From Promethearchaeota archaeon (GTDB lineage Archaea; Asgardarchaeota; Thorarchaeia; Thorarchaeales; Thorarchaeaceae): a stretch of DNA of 64,000 bases. Each line of letters begins with the position of its first letter. Position 1 is the stretch's first letter. This document shows positions 61,433 to 64,000 of the stretch, piece after piece. Location: positions 96,001 through 160,000 of the forward strand of contig WJMJ01000131.1 of the NCBI GenBank assembly GCA_014728035.1. The letters run 5' to 3'. The notes below the pieces were generated by a model, which made no database searches, was not told the origin of the DNA, and saw nothing but the letters and a program-made list of their open reading frames with translations. The position numbers were made by a program, and so were the translations under genes.

Positions 61433-62212
61433 TTATTCACCCAGTTCAACTATGGAGTCAATAGCATTTACCGTAGCTTGTATTTCTTTTTTAACAGCTT
61501 CAATCAGAAGGGGATGTTGTTCACCTGACTCTTCAGATGTGTCCTCTTGTTCTACCTTTGGGTCAGAATGGAGATTGCCATCAACTGCAAGAATAGAGCC
61601 AGCAAAGAGTCCTTTCGTATATGCGAACGTATAGAGCAGCGAACTCTCCATTTCGATGCATTTCACCTTTGTACGGGTCCACAGGTCTAGTTGGTCAGTA
61701 TGTTTTGCAGCATAATACACATCACTTGTCCAACAAATACCTTGATGCACTCGTTCTTTGGGCAGAATCTCATTTATTTTCGAGTACAACGAGTTAAAGA
61801 CCACGGGAGATGGAACTGCTGGAAATTCGATTGGAGCATAGTTCAAACTTGTTCGTTCGTCTCTTATGCATCCGATGGGAACTACGACATCTCCGGTCTT
61901 AACAGAGGGGTCAATACCACCACATGAACCAACACGTATTAGATATTTAGCTCCCAGATTTGCCAGCTCTTCAATACAAATATGAGTTGAAGGTGTTCCA
62001 ATTCCAGTTCCAGATATAGTTACAGCAGTTCCTTTCGGGGTATATGCACGATACGTTACAAAACCACGATATCGAACAATTTCTTTGGCATCTTTCATCT
62101 CAGCTGCAATCTTCGGAACCCGGTCTGGGTTCCCAGTTATGAGGGTGAATTTTTCAACGTCACCTTCACCTACTCGTAGATGGGGTTGTATCCTTCTTTT
62201 CATCAGCACCAC
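61433..62212 (-). CDS. Nucleoside (uridine) phosphorylase
   Basis: GNPDRV, TGIG.PS, RVGSCG and EMESS motifs. Confidence 0.9.
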   Translation of the reverse strand: MVLMKRRIQPHLRVGEGDVEKFTLITGNPDRVPKIAAEMKDAKEIVRYRGFVTYRAYTPKGTAVTISGTGIGTPSTHICIEELANLGAKYLIRVGSCGGIDPSVKTGDVVVPIGCIRDERTSLNYAPIEFPAVPSPVVFNSLYSKINEILPKERVHQGICWTSDVYYAAKHTDQLDLWTRTKVKCIEMESSLLYTFAYTKGLFAGSILAVDGNLHSDPKVEQEDTSEESGEQHPLLIEAVKKEIQATVNAIDSIVELGE

Positions 62213-62604
62213 AGCAATATTGGAATGTACTATCTGCTTTTGACTCTTAGGCTCTTTCGTTTTTGGTGAAAATCACCTATGAGGAGTTTCAATTTTAGAG
62301 ATAATACAGTCAAGACATAACCATTTTTCATTGATTAAGAAGGATCGACCAAAAGACGGGGAGCTTGTACTGCAGATATCACAGGAACGAAATCGGCTCT
62401 CATAATTCTCTGTCAGAAAGACAATTAGCAATGAAATCAATTTCTTCCGAGCATGTACATATTGCAAAAGCCCACATCCAATGGTAAATACCTCATGGAA
62501 CCTTATTAGCACCACAAATAAGGTAAATACCAAACATACTTTTGTGCAACCTCCGACATTTTTCCTCGACTGGCAGGTTAATACCAGTTAGGACGATGTA
62601 GAAA

Positions 62605-62979
62605 ATGAGTGTGGATTTTACATACTACTGTTATCGCTGCGGAGGCAAGAATACGCTTAATCTCCCAGCACCAAATGCACCAGCATATCATCACCAAGAT
62701 TTGACTTGTAATAATTGCGGTGATGGCACAAGAGTTCTTGTAAGTCACTGCCCCAATTGTAGCAACCAATATGTCTACTGGATAGACGATTTACATATTC
62801 CAAATCTGGTACAGGGATTTGCAAAGTATATGGTACATAACATGCAGGCCATGATAGATAAAGCGGCACAACAAGGAGCAAGAATCAGCATAGACACCCC
62901 CGAAAAGTTTCCTATCAATGCAGCATGTCCTTGTGGGGCTAAATTCTCAATCGATATAGAAATTCCAGATTTAGACTGA
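62605..62979 (+). CDS. Cys-rich Zn-binding hypothetical protein
   Basis: CYRC, CNNC, CPNC and CPC motifs. Confidence 0.7.
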   Translation: MSVDFTYYCYRCGGKNTLNLPAPNAPAYHHQDLTCNNCGDGTRVLVSHCPNCSNQYVYWIDDLHIPNLVQGFAKYMVHNMQAMIDKAAQQGARISIDTPEKFPINAACPCGAKFSIDIEIPDLD

Positions 62980-63008
62980 TATTCACAAGAGTGGTTCGCG
63001 AAAATGAT

Positions 63009-63662
63009 TCAGCAACCACTTTCTTTCCTTTTTTGCATGCCTTTAAGAGAAGAATCACACACAGGACGTACAGGACACTCTTCACACCGCGAGTTTTTTC
63101 TCAGACAAACTAGCGAGACCAGGTCAATAATTCCAAAGTAGAACTGTGGTTTATGCGGTGCTCCGAATGTATTCATAAATGACCAAGCTTGTTCATTATA
63201 CGCATTTTTGAATTGTAATGAAAACACCCGATTTAGAAAATGAAGAATATTCCCATCAACAAGAGGAACTGAATAATGAAAAGCAAAATTCCTCACTGCA
63301 TTTGCCACATACTTTCCAACACCTGGAAGGGATACAAGGTCTTTTTCACCGGAGGGAACAAGCGAATCAAAATCGGACTGGATGATTTTTGCAGTTGTGA
63401 CAAGATGTTTTGAGCGAGTGTTTTGTAGCCCAAGAGAAGAGATAGTTGTGGACACTATTTCAACATTGGCAGATGCCAATTGATCAACAGTTCCATATTC
63501 TACAATAAAATCGGAATATAATCTTGCGACTGCTTGAGCAGTGGTACGACGTAGCATCATCTCTGCAATAAGAATATGAAAAGCATTGTCGGTAGAACGC
63601 CATGGAAATGACCGTCCGAATGAGGAGAACCAAGATAGTATTAGTGAGCGAGTGCGGTTCAT
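63009..63662 (-). CDS. HhH-GPD DNA glycosylase with [4Fe-4S] cluster (MutY/Mig-like)
   Basis: FPWR, LPGVGKYVA, VDGN and C-x6-C-x2-C-x5-C. Confidence 0.9.
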   Translation of the reverse strand: MNRTRSLILSWFSSFGRSFPWRSTDNAFHILIAEMMLRRTTAQAVARLYSDFIVEYGTVDQLASANVEIVSTTISSLGLQNTRSKHLVTTAKIIQSDFDSLVPSGEKDLVSLPGVGKYVANAVRNFAFHYSVPLVDGNILHFLNRVFSLQFKNAYNEQAWSFMNTFGAPHKPQFYFGIIDLVSLVCLRKNSRCEECPVRPVCDSSLKGMQKRKESGC

Positions 63663-63718
63663 TCGCTCATTTGAAACAGGGAATCTTGTCAGCTGGAATC
63701 ACCTCGATAACTTGAATT

Positions 63719-64000
63719 TCAGCGGAGAGAATCGATTATTTCAACAACCTCATTTATCGAACTAACTACAGTCACGCCCTCCATCTTACGCAACTTCTCT
63801 ACATTTTCCAAATCTATTGCTCTTGTTCGAATTTTCACTTCTTGTTCGTCTGGAGTCAATGTAGTGATTGTGCCAGGGAATTGGTCAACAGGAAACAGAA
63901 TAACACGAGTGCTGCCTTTCAAAGTTTGGGCGACTGCATTAGTAAGAAGAGTATCCTCAATTCCATATGCAATCTTAGCAGAAGAGTTTGCAGTGAGTGG
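63719..64000 (-). CDS. Archaeoflavoprotein (AfpA/HFCD-like), 5' partial
   Basis: Manual extension PLTANSSAKIAYGIEDTLLTNAVAQTLKG...LFPVD. Confidence 0.75.
   Translation of the reverse strand, partial: PLTANSSAKIAYGIEDTLLTNAVAQTLKGSTRVILFPVDQFPGTITTLTPDEQEVKIRTRAIDLENVEKLRKMEGVTVVSSINEVVEIIDSLR

Noticed and set aside
62273-62533. 86-aa ORF with CDIC...CLDC
   Set aside because: It might encode a small Zn finger, but the start and RBS are unconvincing, so it was not called.

Overview
Archaeal genomic window, AT-rich, with archaeal TATA/BRE and GGTGA-type ribosome-binding signals. It is most likely an Asgard archaeon (Thorarchaeota-like); this is inferred from gene content (LRR, TPR, WD40, HEAT and large Lrp-like proteins) and an expanded 23S helix 98, not from a search. 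Most of the window is housekeeping and peptide-fermenter genes: S8 and M28 peptidases, transporters, AlaRS, acyl-CoA dehydrogenase, a hybrid histidine kinase, a VapBC pair and others. The standout is a stand-alone 23S rRNA gene on the minus strand (~50688-54016). Its peptidyl-transferase centre is split by two ORF-less bulge-helix-bulge (BHB) introns of 32 nt and 216 nt that enclose a 10-nt micro-exon. The larger intron sits between the equivalents of E. coli A2450 and A2451. Cutting both BHB motifs at the canonical positions restores the conserved sequence and full helix-74 pairing. The gene also carries a branched ES39-like expansion and several substitutions at normally conserved functional sites. 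Directly downstream, a PD-(D/E)XK nuclease gene lies between two copies of a 66-bp repeat derived from the rRNA 3' trailer. Other leads are two candidate structured ncRNAs, a wHTH-TPR-nuclease fusion, a C2HC zinc finger-NYN RNase, bacterial-type RNase PH and short AlaRS, a possible RuvC-less TnpB derivative, and unannotated microproteins.
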